DNA of 64,000 bases from an uncultured Synechococcaceae cyanobacterium (GTDB lineage: Bacteria > Cyanobacteriota > Cyanobacteriia > PCC-6307 > Cyanobiaceae): contig CACAVZ010000001.1 in assembly GCA_902536065.1 (NCBI GenBank), positions 69,518-133,517 on the forward strand, read 5' to 3'. This document shows positions 50,389 through 60,932 of this stretch, in pieces. Below the pieces are notes generated by a model. That model made no database searches, was not told where the DNA came from, and saw only the letters and a program-made list of their open reading frames with translations. How positions within the stretch are numbered: position 1 is the stretch's first letter; every line of letters begins with the position of its first letter. The position numbers and the translations under genes were made by a program.

Positions 50389-51096
50389 ATGAAAATTCTT
50401 CTTGGATTAATTCTTTGCTTGGTTTTTCAAGGAATCTTTCTAGAAAGTTCTTTTGCTCTAGTAGATTCTAACGTACGAGAGTTTTTGGAAAATCGTGTAA
50501 ATCAATGGCCAGAATTATATTTGCCAAATTTTAAATTATCGGATACTTCTAAGGATTTAATTTATCCAAAATGGTTCGAGGGTAATTGGCTTGTTACTTC
50601 TCAAGATATAGTTAATGATTCAGAAGAGCCAGTTATTTATAAAGTAAATTTCTTTAAGAATGATTCAGATTTAATTGTTGGTAATCGTGCAAAAAATTCT
50701 GAATCTATTGGAAAGGCAATATTTGGTGAAACCTTAATCAAAGTTGTAAATGATCCTCAATCTATTAATAATCAAATTACTTATTTAAAAGATGATTTTT
50801 ATATTGATTCAAGAATTACAGGGAGAAATCAGATCCAAGATAATGATATTTTTTTCGCAGATGAGCTAGTTATACAGACAGCGCATAAGCCAGGTGCTTC
50901 AAGGATTAATCAGGTGGAGACTATTAGTAAATTTCAAAAATGTTCCGAAGAAATATTGGAAGTTGATAATTCAATCAAACCATCAATTTGTGGAGTGCAA
51001 TATGTTGCTTCTTTTGGTTCAAAAGTTGGTGATCCTTCTATTCATGCTATCAAAACAAATAAATATAAATTGAAGTTTGAATTTATTGAGAGTTAG
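50389..51096 (+). CDS. Exported conserved hypothetical protein (DUF6816-like)
   Basis: Signal peptide; RVNQWPE and DLIYPKWFEGNWLVTS motifs. Confidence 0.72.
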   Translation: MKILLGLILCLVFQGIFLESSFALVDSNVREFLENRVNQWPELYLPNFKLSDTSKDLIYPKWFEGNWLVTSQDIVNDSEEPVIYKVNFFKNDSDLIVGNRAKNSESIGKAIFGETLIKVVNDPQSINNQITYLKDDFYIDSRITGRNQIQDNDIFFADELVIQTAHKPGASRINQVETISKFQKCSEEILEVDNSIKPSICGVQYVASFGSKVGDPSIHAIKTNKYKLKFEFIES

Positions 51097-51808
51097 CACT
51101 AAAAAGATATTCTTCTAAGTTATTCCTCCACATAAAAAGATTTTCTAAATAAGGGTTATTTATGTATTCTTGACTCCCCTCTCCTGAAAGAATTGGTCCT
51201 GCAGACTTTGGAAATTTAATAAGAGACAATTGAGCAGCAATTGAAATATCTGCAATTGATAAACTATCTCCAACTAAATATTTCTTGTTGATCAAGGATT
51301 TTGATAAAGCTTCCAGTAATTTTTGGAGTTCTAAATTATCTTTAGAAGACAAAACTACATTAGAAATTTTACTAAGATTTTCAAAAGGTAATTTATCAAC
51401 AATACTTTTAACAGAAGAAGGTATTTCATCTGGAAGTAATGCAGTTCTTAGCTGTGGATTTTCTATTGCAGATTTTATTAAAGCTTTTCTACAAGTTGTA
51501 GCCATTGTAGTATCTGCCCAGTCTTCAATTAGTTTGCATTGTGCAAATAATATTGGATCATCCGGAAAAAGTGGATTGTTTTCATTTTTTTTGTCTATAT
51601 ATTCGCAAATTGTTGAAGAGTCATTAATTACTTGATCATTACTATCGACTATTATAGGTACTTGTTTTTGACCTGATAATTTAAAGATTTCAAATTGGCC
51701 TATTCCAGGTGTTACTTCTTCAACTCGATATTGTAGTTTTTTTGCATGAAGAGCCATTCTTGTTTTTAAACAAAAAGCACTATGCCTAAATTGATATAAT
51801 GTAATCAT
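51083..51808 (-). CDS. Glutathione S-transferase family protein
   Basis: LYQFRHSAFC, SGQKQVP, DSSTICEY, YLVGDSLSIADI. Confidence 0.92.
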   Translation of the reverse strand: MITLYQFRHSAFCLKTRMALHAKKLQYRVEEVTPGIGQFEIFKLSGQKQVPIIVDSNDQVINDSSTICEYIDKKNENNPLFPDDPILFAQCKLIEDWADTTMATTCRKALIKSAIENPQLRTALLPDEIPSSVKSIVDKLPFENLSKISNVVLSSKDNLELQKLLEALSKSLINKKYLVGDSLSIADISIAAQLSLIKFPKSAGPILSGEGSQEYINNPYLENLFMWRNNLEEYLFSANSQ

Positions 51809-51853
51809 GCTGTTTAATGTTTGTTAAAACTTAGCTAAAAAAGTAATCTATTT

Positions 51854-52066
51854 GTGGAGCTGATGGGCGAATTTTTCTCTAATGTTGCGAGATATCCAAA
51901 GTATTTGATATCTATCATTGTTGGGGGACTTGTTGCTTTGCTTGAACCTTTATTCAAGAATAGATCAAATCCACTCACAATAGTAGGTTTGATATCTTCT
52001 GTCTTAAGTGCTTTCATAACTGTTTATTTTGTCTTGCAAGCGATGACAAACCCAATAAATTTATAA
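51854..52066 (+). CDS. DUF751 family small membrane protein
   Basis: FFSNVARYPKYLI motif; upstream of rbfA. Start may be ATG 51863. Confidence 0.85.
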   Translation: MELMGEFFSNVARYPKYLISIIVGGLVALLEPLFKNRSNPLTIVGLISSVLSAFITVYFVLQAMTNPINL

Positions 52067-52071
52067 CCATA

Positions 52072-52470
52072 ATGCCAAATAATTACCGTCTTGCAAAAGT
52101 TTCTTCTCTTTTGAAGAAAGAAATAACCCTTATTTTGCAGAATGATTTAGAAAATGATCTTATTAGAGATCATTTCGTCAATATTTCTAAGATTGATTTA
52201 TCAGGTGATTTGCAACACTGTAAAATTTATATAACCTCAACTGCTCAAGAGAAAGTGAGGAAAGAAATTGTATCAAACTTGAATACTGCTAAAAGCTCTA
52301 TAAGGCATAGTTTAGGAAAAAGAATTGAGATGAGAAGAGTTCCAGAGATAATTTTTAAAGACGATGTTGTTCTTGATAAAGGATTATCAGTCTTGAAACT
52401 TCTCGCTGAATTAAAAAATCAAAATCATAATCAAAATCATAATGTTGAGGACAAGGATGCCAAAAGTTGA
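52072..52470 (+). CDS. rbfA: Ribosome-binding factor A
   Basis: LSGDLQHCKIY and MRRVPEIIFKDD motifs. Confidence 0.95.
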   Translation: MPNNYRLAKVSSLLKKEITLILQNDLENDLIRDHFVNISKIDLSGDLQHCKIYITSTAQEKVRKEIVSNLNTAKSSIRHSLGKRIEMRRVPEIIFKDDVVLDKGLSVLKLLAELKNQNHNQNHNVEDKDAKS

Positions 52471-53254
52471 TCTACCCCTTGATCAAAGAAATATAATTAT
52501 TACTCGATCAAAAGAAGGAATATTGGATATAAAAAAGATATTCATAAGCAAGGGCGCTAATGTATATGATTTACCTGCAATAAGTATTACTGATCCTGAT
52601 GATTTGAATCCTCTTGATGAAGCTTTAAATCAAATAAATGATTTTCATTGGATTATTTTTTCCAGTAGTAATGGGATCAAATTTGTGGATAAAAGACTTA
52701 GATACTTTAATAGTTCATTAAAAGAATGTTCTAAAAAAACAAAAATCGCCGTAGTCGGAGAAAAAACCTCAAAAACTCTTGATGATTTTGGGATTAAGGC
52801 TGATTTCATACCTCCAGAATTTGTTGCTGAAAGTTTAATTGATAATTTCCCAGTATCTGGTTATGGACTTCGAGTTTTTGTACCAAGAGTTCAAACAGGT
52901 GGTAGGGATTTAATTGCAGATCAATTTAGAAAGGCTGGTTCTCGTGTATTTGAGGTTGCTGCATATGAAACTAGATGTCCTAAATCAATTCCGGAAGAAA
53001 CAATTGATATTATTTCTAATCGAAAAGTCGATGCGATTATTTTCTCAAGCGGTAAAACCGTAGTAAATGCTGCTTTTTTACTAGAAAAAAAATTTGGTAA
53101 ACAATGGTTAGAATATTTTGAACAAATTAAATTATTAACTATTGGACCTCAGACAACAAAAATATGTAACAAGATTTTTGGAAGAGTTGATAGTCAGGCA
53201 CAAAAATATACTTTTGAAGGACTACTAGATGTAGCAATTAATATTTTTAATTAG
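52457..53254 (+). CDS. hemD: Uroporphyrinogen-III synthase
   Basis: IIITRS, WIIFSSSNG, AVVGEKT, AYET, FSSGKTV, IGPQT; start set at ATG 52457. Confidence 0.94.
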   Translation: MPKVDLPLDQRNIIITRSKEGILDIKKIFISKGANVYDLPAISITDPDDLNPLDEALNQINDFHWIIFSSSNGIKFVDKRLRYFNSSLKECSKKTKIAVVGEKTSKTLDDFGIKADFIPPEFVAESLIDNFPVSGYGLRVFVPRVQTGGRDLIADQFRKAGSRVFEVAAYETRCPKSIPEETIDIISNRKVDAIIFSSGKTVVNAAFLLEKKFGKQWLEYFEQIKLLTIGPQTTKICNKIFGRVDSQAQKYTFEGLLDVAINIFN

Positions 53255-53717
53255 AAAAATTTTTTTTATAGTTCTTTTCAACTAAATCTTTGAACCTATC
53301 AATATTGGTTTGTAATTCGTTTGTAACCATTTTTCCTAAAATATTTTCTTCCATAAACCGAGCAATCATTTTTGGTAGTTCATAAGTAATTGCTAAATTT
53401 ACTGTTGTAATTTGATCAGTTTTACTTTCGAAAACTACTGATCCCTCAGTTGGTAAACCTCCTATTGATTTCCATTTAAGTTTGCTTTTTTCAACCCTTT
53501 CTGTAATTTGAGCTTTCCATTTAAACCTAAAGCCATTTGCAGCTAAAGTCCATTCTGTTAAATCTGGTAACGTATTAGTCTCTTCGTCAACTGTTTTTAC
53601 AGATTCAATCCAGCTCATCCAAAGTGACATTGAGTCTAAATCGCTCCATGTGTCCCATACATTTTCAAGAGGCGCATTAACAACTGTTATTACGTCATGT
53701 TTTAGCCAAGTACCCAT
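53247..53717 (-). CDS. SRPBCC/polyketide cyclase family protein
   Basis: VNAPLENVWDTWSDL..WMSWIESV; adjacent to zds. Confidence 0.88.
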   Translation of the reverse strand: MGTWLKHDVITVVNAPLENVWDTWSDLDSMSLWMSWIESVKTVDEETNTLPDLTEWTLAANGFRFKWKAQITERVEKSKLKWKSIGGLPTEGSVVFESKTDQITTVNLAITYELPKMIARFMEENILGKMVTNELQTNIDRFKDLVEKNYKKNFSN

Positions 53718-53720
53718 TAA

Positions 53721-55175
53721 TTAACTTACTGCAAGATTTTTTGCTAACTTGGCTTTCTTCTCTAAAATTGCCGCGGCAGCTAAATGACCACTCATTGTAG
53801 CTCCTTCCATAGAGTCTATATAATCTTGTTTTGTATAACTACCAGCCATGAAGAAATTAGATATAGATGTTTTTTGATCGGGTCTGAAAGGTTCCATACC
53901 GGGAGCTTCTCTATAAAGCGATTGTGGAATTTGTACCACGTTACTCCAAAGCAATTTAAGGTTTTTTGAGGATGGGAATAAACGGCGAACCTCTTTATCA
54001 ATCTCTTTTGTAATTCTTTCTGTGGATCTTCCCATCCATCTATCGCCAGGAGTTAAAACACATTGGAGAAGTGATCCCATATCTTTTTTTCTATAATCAG
54101 CTGGGCTTGCTAGTGCTAAATCAGCAAAACAACTGAAAGAGGCATCAGCAGAATAAAGAAGGTTATCTAGTCCAATTGGTTCGTTTCCAGTATTATCTTT
54201 TTGTAATTCAGTAACCCAACCGTCATATCTTAATTGGATTGTGGCAACAGCTACAGCTCTAAGTTTTTTTAAACCTTCAAATTCTTTAAATTGATACCAT
54301 TCTTTTGGAATTATTTTTTTTATTCCAGGAACATCACAGGCAGCTAGAAATTTATCTGCAAACACTGCCTTAATTCCTTCAGGAGAAGAGATTTTTAATT
54401 GATTTACTGAATAAGAGGAAGATTCCTTTTCATAAATGATTTCTTCTACCTTATGGTTAAGATGTATTTTTGCTCCTTTGTTTGTGATGTAGTCGACGAT
54501 AGGTTGCGTTAACCACTTATGTGGGGAACCTTTTAAAAGATTAAGTTTTGAGGCTTCTGTTTTTGAAGCAAACATCATGAATATAGTTAGCATGCATCTT
54601 GCTGAAATATCTTTGCAATTAATAAAACCTAAAGCATATGCGATAGGATCCCACATTCTTTCTAAACTTTTTTCGCTTCCACCATGGTTTAAAAACCATT
54701 CTTTAAAACTAATTCTATCTAGATCTCTAATAATTTTCATTGCGCCTTCATAGTCTATCAATCCTCTAACGATTGGACTTGTTCCTAAAGCTAAGGCATT
54801 TTTGAACTTATCTAACCAAGTAAGTTGTTCGGTGGTAAAAAAAGCTTTAAGTCCGTTAAAAGGAGCACCTAAAGGGAATCTGAAGTCTAACGATTTTAAA
54901 TTACCACCATTATTGATAAATAGATGAGTATGATCTTTCGGGAGTAAATTGTCTAGAGCTCCCACTTTTTTCATTAATTTAAAAAGATTTGCATAATTGT
55001 AAAAAAATACATGTAAACCCATTTCTATGTGGTTGCCATCCTTATCTTCCCAACTGCCTACTTTACCTCCCCAAAATGACCTGCTCTCGTAAATTTCTAC
55101 TTCGTGGCCTTCATCAACTAAATTGACTGCTGCTGTAAGACCAGCTAATCCAGAACCAACTATTGCAATTTTCAC
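53721..55175 (-). CDS. zds: 9,9'-di-cis-zeta-carotene desaturase
   Basis: [35 protein letters not shown]. Confidence 0.96.
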   Translation of the reverse strand: MKIAIVGSGLAGLTAAVNLVDEGHEVEIYESRSFWGGKVGSWEDKDGNHIEMGLHVFFYNYANLFKLMKKVGALDNLLPKDHTHLFINNGGNLKSLDFRFPLGAPFNGLKAFFTTEQLTWLDKFKNALALGTSPIVRGLIDYEGAMKIIRDLDRISFKEWFLNHGGSEKSLERMWDPIAYALGFINCKDISARCMLTIFMMFASKTEASKLNLLKGSPHKWLTQPIVDYITNKGAKIHLNHKVEEIIYEKESSSYSVNQLKISSPEGIKAVFADKFLAACDVPGIKKIIPKEWYQFKEFEGLKKLRAVAVATIQLRYDGWVTELQKDNTGNEPIGLDNLLYSADASFSCFADLALASPADYRKKDMGSLLQCVLTPGDRWMGRSTERITKEIDKEVRRLFPSSKNLKLLWSNVVQIPQSLYREAPGMEPFRPDQKTSISNFFMAGSYTKQDYIDSMEGATMSGHLAAAAILEKKAKLAKNLAVS

Positions 55176-55274
55176 TTTTTCTTAAAATTATAACAAATCA
55201 AGTTTGGATAACGTTTGTTCTATGCATCCTATCGATTAAGTTTTTATATTATTAATAGTAGAAACCCCTTGTAT

Positions 55275-55667
55275 ATGGAAAATGTAGAAGTTAAACAGGA
55301 AATTAAAAATTCTGATGACGGCAAAGGTATCTTAATTACGAATGATGCTATAGAACAAATTTCAAATTTATTGAAGGGCCAAAGTGATAAAAAAGTACTA
55401 AGGGTAGGAGTAAGATCTGGCGGTTGTAGTGGGATGAGTTATACGATGGATTTTATAGGAACTGATGAAATAAATCCCGATGATAAAGTTTATGATTATT
55501 CATTAAAAGCTGATCAAAGCTTTCAAGTTGTCTGTGATCCCAAAAGTCTTTTATATATTTATGGAATGCAGTTAGATTTTAGTAAGGAATTAATTGGAGG
55601 TGGCTTTAATTTTGTAAATCCCAATGCCTCTCAAACTTGCGGTTGTGGAAGCTCTTTTGCAGTTTAA
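55275..55667 (+). CDS. iscA: A-type Fe-S carrier (IscA/SufA/HesB)
   Basis: SGGCSGMSY and [14 protein letters not shown]; start set at ATG 55275. Confidence 0.93.
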   Translation: MENVEVKQEIKNSDDGKGILITNDAIEQISNLLKGQSDKKVLRVGVRSGGCSGMSYTMDFIGTDEINPDDKVYDYSLKADQSFQVVCDPKSLLYIYGMQLDFSKELIGGGFNFVNPNASQTCGCGSSFAV

Positions 55668-55673
55668 TAAATA

Positions 55674-56102
55674 ATGAATAACGAAATTAATCCCATCGAA
55701 GAGGATTTTAATGCAGCTTTATCAAGATATAAAGCAGGGCAAGATTTAATTCCAATCGTTCAAGATTTTCAAATAATTATACAGCAAATTCCAAATCATT
55801 TTGCTGCTTGGACTTGTTTATCATGGCTTCAATTACTTTTGAAAAATAATGAAGAAGCTTTGTCAGCTGCCAGACAAGCTGTTCGATTAAATCAGCAAGA
55901 TCCACAAGCAAGAATGAATTTATCTTTAGCTCTTTTGGCTACTAATAATAAAGGTGTTAGGGATCATATTGAGTTAATAAAAAAAATGTCTATGATGATG
56001 CCAGATGTGAAAAGTGAGTTGAAAGAATCTGTTGAAGACGGATTAAAAAGATATCCAGATTGGCCTGAGTTAACTAAAGTAAAAAAATGGTTGGAATTTT
56101 AA
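55674..56102 (+). CDS. TPR-like repeat protein
   Basis: AAWTCLSWL..EEALSAARQAVRLNQQDPQARMNL TPR pattern. Confidence 0.82.
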   Translation: MNNEINPIEEDFNAALSRYKAGQDLIPIVQDFQIIIQQIPNHFAAWTCLSWLQLLLKNNEEALSAARQAVRLNQQDPQARMNLSLALLATNNKGVRDHIELIKKMSMMMPDVKSELKESVEDGLKRYPDWPELTKVKKWLEF

Positions 56103-56103
56103 A

Positions 56104-57306
56104 TTGTTTAAGATTTTAATTTTAAGTAATGGACATGGAGAAGATCTATCTGGCAGTCTAATAGCTAAACAATTCGTAAAAAGTGGTTATTCTGTGCATG
56201 CTTTGCCAATTGTTGGTATGGGAAACCATTATGAAAAAGAAAAAATTAAGATTATCGGTAAAACTAAGGAATTTAGAACAGGAGGAATTGGTTATAATTC
56301 CTTTAAGGGAAGACTTACTGAGATATTAGGAGGAGAAATATTTTATCTTCTAAAAAGATTATATTTAACTTTTAAAATAAGAAAAAAATATGATCATTTT
56401 GTTGTAGTTGGAGATATTGTGCCAGTTTTTTTTGCATGGGTTTGTAAGAAAGATTTTTTTACATATCTAGTTGCTTATTCCAGCCATTATGAAGGGAAGT
56501 TGAAATTACCATGGCCTTCTAAATTTTTCTTGCTCTCACAAAAAGCAAAAAAAATATATACGCGAGATTCCCTTACAGCTAATGACTTAACATTGCAATT
56601 AAAAAAGAAAGTGTCTTTTTTAGGCAACCCATTTATGGATAAGTTTTTCCCTAGAAACAAAGAATTAAATAAAGATGAATTTAGTATTGGATTATTTCCA
56701 GGAAGTAGATTCCCCGAGATTTTAGATAATTTTGTTTTGATTTTAAAGGTATTAGAGGCATTGTCAGATTTAAGATATTTTCAAAAAATTCAGTTTAATT
56801 TTGCAATAGTTAATGCTCTATCTTCATCAAAAATAAAGGAGATATTTCAAAAAAGAGGATGGTTAAAAATAGAAAATATAAAAGATAATAATCACTTGAA
56901 ATTCCAATATAAATTTTTAGAAGTGAATATATATTGGAATAATTTTGACAAAATATTATTGAAAAGTAGATGCTGTATTAGCATGGCAGGAACAGCAGCA
57001 GAGCAAGCGATTGGATTAGGAAAACCGGTTATTCAGATTGAAGGTAAAGGTCCACAATTTACAAAAACTTTTGCAGAAGCACAAAGACGTTTGCTAGGAA
57101 AATATGTTTTTTGTGCCACTAAATATAAAGACAAAAATGATCAAATCAATCAGACAATTAAATTGATTATAAAAATAATATACCTTATACAGCTAAATAA
57201 GAAGTTTATGATCTCATGTAATGAAAATGCCAAAAAAAGACTGGGTGAAAACAAAGCTTGTCTTAAGATGGTTGAAGATATGAATCATGTTATAAATAAT
57301 GACTAA
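56104..57306 (+). CDS. Lipid-A-disaccharide synthase-related GT-B protein (TIGR03492 type)
   Basis: SNGHGED, GNPFMD, LFPGSR, AGTAAEQAIGLGKP, GPQFT..FAEAQRRLLG. Confidence 0.85.
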   Translation: MFKILILSNGHGEDLSGSLIAKQFVKSGYSVHALPIVGMGNHYEKEKIKIIGKTKEFRTGGIGYNSFKGRLTEILGGEIFYLLKRLYLTFKIRKKYDHFVVVGDIVPVFFAWVCKKDFFTYLVAYSSHYEGKLKLPWPSKFFLLSQKAKKIYTRDSLTANDLTLQLKKKVSFLGNPFMDKFFPRNKELNKDEFSIGLFPGSRFPEILDNFVLILKVLEALSDLRYFQKIQFNFAIVNALSSSKIKEIFQKRGWLKIENIKDNNHLKFQYKFLEVNIYWNNFDKILLKSRCCISMAGTAAEQAIGLGKPVIQIEGKGPQFTKTFAEAQRRLLGKYVFCATKYKDKNDQINQTIKLIIKIIYLIQLNKKFMISCNENAKKRLGENKACLKMVEDMNHVINND

Positions 57307-57577
57307 AGAAAATAAGCAAAATAAGCAAAATAAGTTAAATCAAATAATTGATAATTTGTTAATAATAAATTTATTTGTAGTAATCTTTTTTGCAATATTT
57401 TTTATCTTTGCAATCATCATGCAACTAAATGGGATATCTATTTTTATTAATTTTATTCAGATAGTTTGGAATCCTCTTATAGTCCCACTAATAACATTTC
57501 TTATTGTTGGAGCTTTAGTAAATGGTGTTAATTCTTGGTGGAGGCGTAAATTGCTTTCTCAAGAAGAGGATATTTAA
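57299..57577 (+). CDS. Small two-helix membrane protein
   Basis: Two hydrophobic helices; start overlaps upstream stop. Confidence 0.72.
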   Translation: MTKENKQNKQNKLNQIIDNLLIINLFVVIFFAIFFIFAIIMQLNGISIFINFIQIVWNPLIVPLITFLIVGALVNGVNSWWRRKLLSQEEDI

Positions 57578-58454
57578 AATCATAATTTTTTAGTTTATTA
57601 CTTATTACTTTTTGCCCTTCCAATACAACTTTTGCTCCATCTCCTAATAGTATTTTTAAAACCGCGCCAGGAACTGGCAGTAAATTTGGTCTATTCAGAC
57701 ATTTGCCTAAAGTTTGAGAAAAGTCTCTCATTGATACTGGATTTGGTGCAACAGCATTAAATACTCCTGAATACTTTTTATCAAATAATGCCTGAGTAAT
57801 TAATTTACATAAATCACTTCTATGTATCCAACTCATCCATTGCTTACCATCTCCAATTGGCCCACCTAATCCAACTTTAAATATAGGGAGCATTTTTCCT
57901 AATGCTCCTCCATCTGCCTCTAGAACAATTCCAATTCTAAAAATAACTAACCTTGAGAAAAATGGTTTTTCAGCAGCGGCCGCTTCCCATTTTTTGCATA
58001 GATTTGCTAAAAAGTCTTTTCCTTCAACACTATTTTCAGTGAATTCTCCAGACAAACTTGTACCGTAATAACCTATCGCTGATCCATTTATAATGACTTT
58101 TGGATTGATTTTGAAATTTTTCAAGGTCTTCATCATAAATTTTGTAGTGTTAATACGACTATTTTCAATCTCCTGTTTTTGTGTAGAAGTCCATTTTTTT
58201 TCTGCTATAGGTTCTCCCATTAAGTTAATAATTCCATCTGTTTCTCTTAAGACATTAAGAAGATTTTCGTTATTCCAGTTTTTTTCTTTTGATAAATCTA
58301 TTTGAATAAATTTAAATTTTTTGAAATCTACATCAAGCTTTAATTTACTTATAGGTTTTCTACTTACAATGTATATTTCGTGTTTTTCATTAAGAAGTGT
58401 TGGTACTAATTCTTTACCAACAAATCCAGTGCAGCCAAGTAGTAAAAGACGCAT
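57528..58454 (-). CDS. TIGR01777 (YfcH-like) NAD-dependent epimerase family protein
   Basis: GCTGFVG, SAIGYYG, GLGGPIGDGKQWMSWIH. Confidence 0.93.
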   Translation of the reverse strand: MRLLLLGCTGFVGKELVPTLLNEKHEIYIVSRKPISKLKLDVDFKKFKFIQIDLSKEKNWNNENLLNVLRETDGIINLMGEPIAEKKWTSTQKQEIENSRINTTKFMMKTLKNFKINPKVIINGSAIGYYGTSLSGEFTENSVEGKDFLANLCKKWEAAAAEKPFFSRLVIFRIGIVLEADGGALGKMLPIFKVGLGGPIGDGKQWMSWIHRSDLCKLITQALFDKKYSGVFNAVAPNPVSMRDFSQTLGKCLNRPNLLPVPGAVLKILLGDGAKVVLEGQKVISNKLKNYDFKYPLLEKAIYASTKN

Positions 58455-58589
58455 ATTTTTTAGATAACTATCGTTTAAGGCTATTAAATTTTTTTGAAGT
58501 TTGTAATTATTATTCAGTTATCAATTTTTTTAAATATTTATCAAACAAGTTTTTGTATAATAAATTTTAAATAACTTTATGACTTTATT

Positions 58590-58826
58590 ATGACAGATTC
58601 TATTCCTCAGAAACCACTGAAGAAAGGAAGCTTAGTTTTCGTTGATAGAGAAAATCATAGTAAAAGCGTCGAAGCCCTTGCTAGTGATAATGATTTACCT
58701 AACTATGTCTTTGAAGGTCCTGGAGAGATTCTTTTAGTCAAAGAAGAATATGCTCAGGTTAGATGGCGCAGACCTGTTCCAGATGTTTGGTTGAGATTAA
58801 ATCAACTTAAAGAATATATTCAATAA
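58590..58826 (+). CDS. ndhO: NAD(P)H-quinone oxidoreductase subunit O
   Basis: LKKGSLV, SVEALASD..P.YVFEGPGE, PVPDVWLR. Confidence 0.92.
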   Translation: MTDSIPQKPLKKGSLVFVDRENHSKSVEALASDNDLPNYVFEGPGEILLVKEEYAQVRWRRPVPDVWLRLNQLKEYIQ

Positions 58827-58836
58827 ATTTTCATAT

Positions 58837-59514
58837 CTAAAAGTTTTTATTTTTTTTCTCTGCAGACATTTTTGATTGAATTCTTTTTGCTTCTTTAATC
58901 ATTTCTTTACCATCAAATAAGTAATCATCAACGTATCCTTTTGTATATCTATCAAATTCTGATAGTGCATCTTTAACCTGTGAAAAACAATGATAAAGAT
59001 TTAGGCCTAAAGCTGTAATAGACTTTGGAACTATTTTTGTGTTAAAAATTTCTTCAACTTTTTCTATTTTCTTTTGTGAAAGACTGATATAACTGCAAAA
59101 GTTTTCCATTAGCTGGTCATCATATGGATCCGCAGAAAGTTCTTTGATTTCGTTGTTCAAAGGTTTAATTATTTGGTTAATTGATCTATTGATCGGCGTG
59201 TAAATTTCTTTAATCCATGTTTCAACTTCTCTATCTTTAATTGATGAATTATGTTTTTTTGAATTAAATTTCTCCTCCCAATTTTCATTTAACGAATCAA
59301 TTGATGAACTAGCAGAGCAAAAATTCCTATCATATTGTTCTTTTTTTATAGGGTCATTAAGAATCTCCCACGCATTTTGTATCGCAAGAAATCGTTCTTT
59401 TTTTCCTCCTTTATCAGGATGATGCTTTTTCACTAGAGAACGATATGAAGATTTAATTTCACTTTTTGTTGCATTTTTTTGGAGGCCTAATTCTGCATAT
59501 AAATTTTTTTCCAT
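58837..59514 (-). CDS. J-domain (DnaJ type III) protein
   Basis: N-terminal J domain with HHPD motif. Confidence 0.9.
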   Translation of the reverse strand: MEKNLYAELGLQKNATKSEIKSSYRSLVKKHHPDKGGKKERFLAIQNAWEILNDPIKKEQYDRNFCSASSSIDSLNENWEEKFNSKKHNSSIKDREVETWIKEIYTPINRSINQIIKPLNNEIKELSADPYDDQLMENFCSYISLSQKKIEKVEEIFNTKIVPKSITALGLNLYHCFSQVKDALSEFDRYTKGYVDDYLFDGKEMIKEAKRIQSKMSAEKKNKNF

Positions 59515-59530
59515 TTTAATAAATTAGGTA

Positions 59531-60499
59531 TTAAAGATAACCATCTTTTCTGGCTTGAATTGAGGTATTAGATTCAAACATTGCAGTTGATAAATATCTT
59601 TCCCCGAAACTTGGAAGAATTACTATCAATCTCTTATTCATTAGTTCTTTCCTTTCACCGATTTTTATAGTTGCCGCTAAAGCTGCACCGCTACTTATGC
59701 CCGATAAAAGACCTTCCAATCGAGCTAATAAACGCCCATAATAAAATGCTTCATCGTCATCTATTTTTATAATTTCATCAATTAATTTAGTATTAAGAAC
59801 TTTCGGTACGAAACCTGCTCCTATTCCTTGAATAGAATGAGATCCTGCTTTTTCTCCGGAAATCACAGCACTTTTTTTGGGCTCTACAGCATATATTTTG
59901 CAATTTGGATTAACTTTTTTCAAGAAACGTGCACATCCAGTAATTGTTCCTCCTGTGCCTACTCCCGTAACTAGTCCATCTAAATTGTTATTGGATTGGG
60001 ACCATATTTCTTGAGCAGTTGTTCTTTCATGAATATCTGGATTAGCAAAGTTTTCAAATTGATTAAATTGATAACTATTTGTAATGCTGGAAGATAATTC
60101 ATTCGCTAAATCTAAGGCTCCTTTCATTCCTTCTTTACCTGGCGTTAACTGTAATTCAGCTCCATATGCTCTCAACATTGCCCTTCTTTCAATACTCATC
60201 GTGTCAGGCATAGTCAATATTAATTTATAGCCTTTTGCTGCTGCAACCATCGCTAATGCGATGCCAGTATTTCCACTCGTTGCTTCAATCAACGTTGTTT
60301 TGTCTGGGGTTATCAATCCCTCTTCTTCAGCTTTACATAACATTGAATAAGCAATGCGGTCCTTAACAGATGCAGATGGATTAAAACTTTCTAGTTTCGC
60401 TATTATTTCTGGATAACAATTAAAGTGCTTTCTGATTCGATTTAATTTAACTAAAGGAGTATTTCCAACTAAAGAAGTTATATCATTTGCTATTTCCAT
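59531..60499 (-). CDS. cysK: Cysteine synthase A
   Basis: GNTPLV, SVKDRIA, EATSGNTG, GTGGT, IQGIGAGF, SFGERYLST. Confidence 0.97.
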   Translation of the reverse strand: MEIANDITSLVGNTPLVKLNRIRKHFNCYPEIIAKLESFNPSASVKDRIAYSMLCKAEEEGLITPDKTTLIEATSGNTGIALAMVAAAKGYKLILTMPDTMSIERRAMLRAYGAELQLTPGKEGMKGALDLANELSSSITNSYQFNQFENFANPDIHERTTAQEIWSQSNNNLDGLVTGVGTGGTITGCARFLKKVNPNCKIYAVEPKKSAVISGEKAGSHSIQGIGAGFVPKVLNTKLIDEIIKIDDDEAFYYGRLLARLEGLLSGISSGAALAATIKIGERKELMNKRLIVILPSFGERYLSTAMFESNTSIQARKDGYL

Positions 60500-60651
60500 G
60501 TAATGATTATTTAAATTGCAAAATTAAATCTCCTACTTATATGATAAGTGTATTTAAAGATCTTTTATATAATTTTCTCAAAAGAATTTAATTTAAAATA
60601 ACTTTCTGCTTAAAATATTTATTATTATAAAAAGTAGTTTTTATAATCATT

Positions 60652-60924
60652 ATGTATTTGTTGGAACTAAGTCTGAGATATTCACCTTTTCCACTTTCAA
60701 TTCAGAAGAAAGAATTTGAAGATGTTAAAAGAATTTATGATGAAATAAAAAATGCTATGAATGAAACTTTAGAGGCTTCAAATCTGATTGAATTAAGTTG
60801 TGACAAAGTTCAAGATAAATTAATTTCTGTAAGAGCTAAAGAAATCATTTCTGTTCAGATATATGAAAAATCATCAGTAGCAGGAGGAGCTAAAAGACCA
60901 GGATTTTCTCTCAACATAGATTGA
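60652..60924 (+). CDS. Conserved cyanobacterial hypothetical protein
   Basis: 90-aa ATG ORF with PLSIQKKE and KRPGFS motifs, directly upstream of the ABC ATPase. Confidence 0.8.
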   Translation: MYLLELSLRYSPFPLSIQKKEFEDVKRIYDEIKNAMNETLEASNLIELSCDKVQDKLISVRAKEIISVQIYEKSSVAGGAKRPGFSLNID

Positions 60925-60932
60925 TAGAGTTA

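Noticed and set aside
52417-52443. Tandem 12-bp duplication AATCAAAATCAT in the rbfA tail (NQNHNQNH)
   Set aside because: In-frame slippage in a variable tail; useful as a strain marker at most.
57311-57334. Tandem AATAAGCAA repeat (NKQNKQNK)
   Set aside because: Short in-frame repeat in a low-complexity N-terminus; no sign of phase variation.
2019-58305. The many 60-140 aa antisense or off-frame ORFs in the track (e.g. 2019-2306, 22477-22800, 29474-29890, 37721-38032, 51285-51635)
   Set aside because: They lie within well-supported genes, have no recognisable motifs and are expected shadows of coding sequence.
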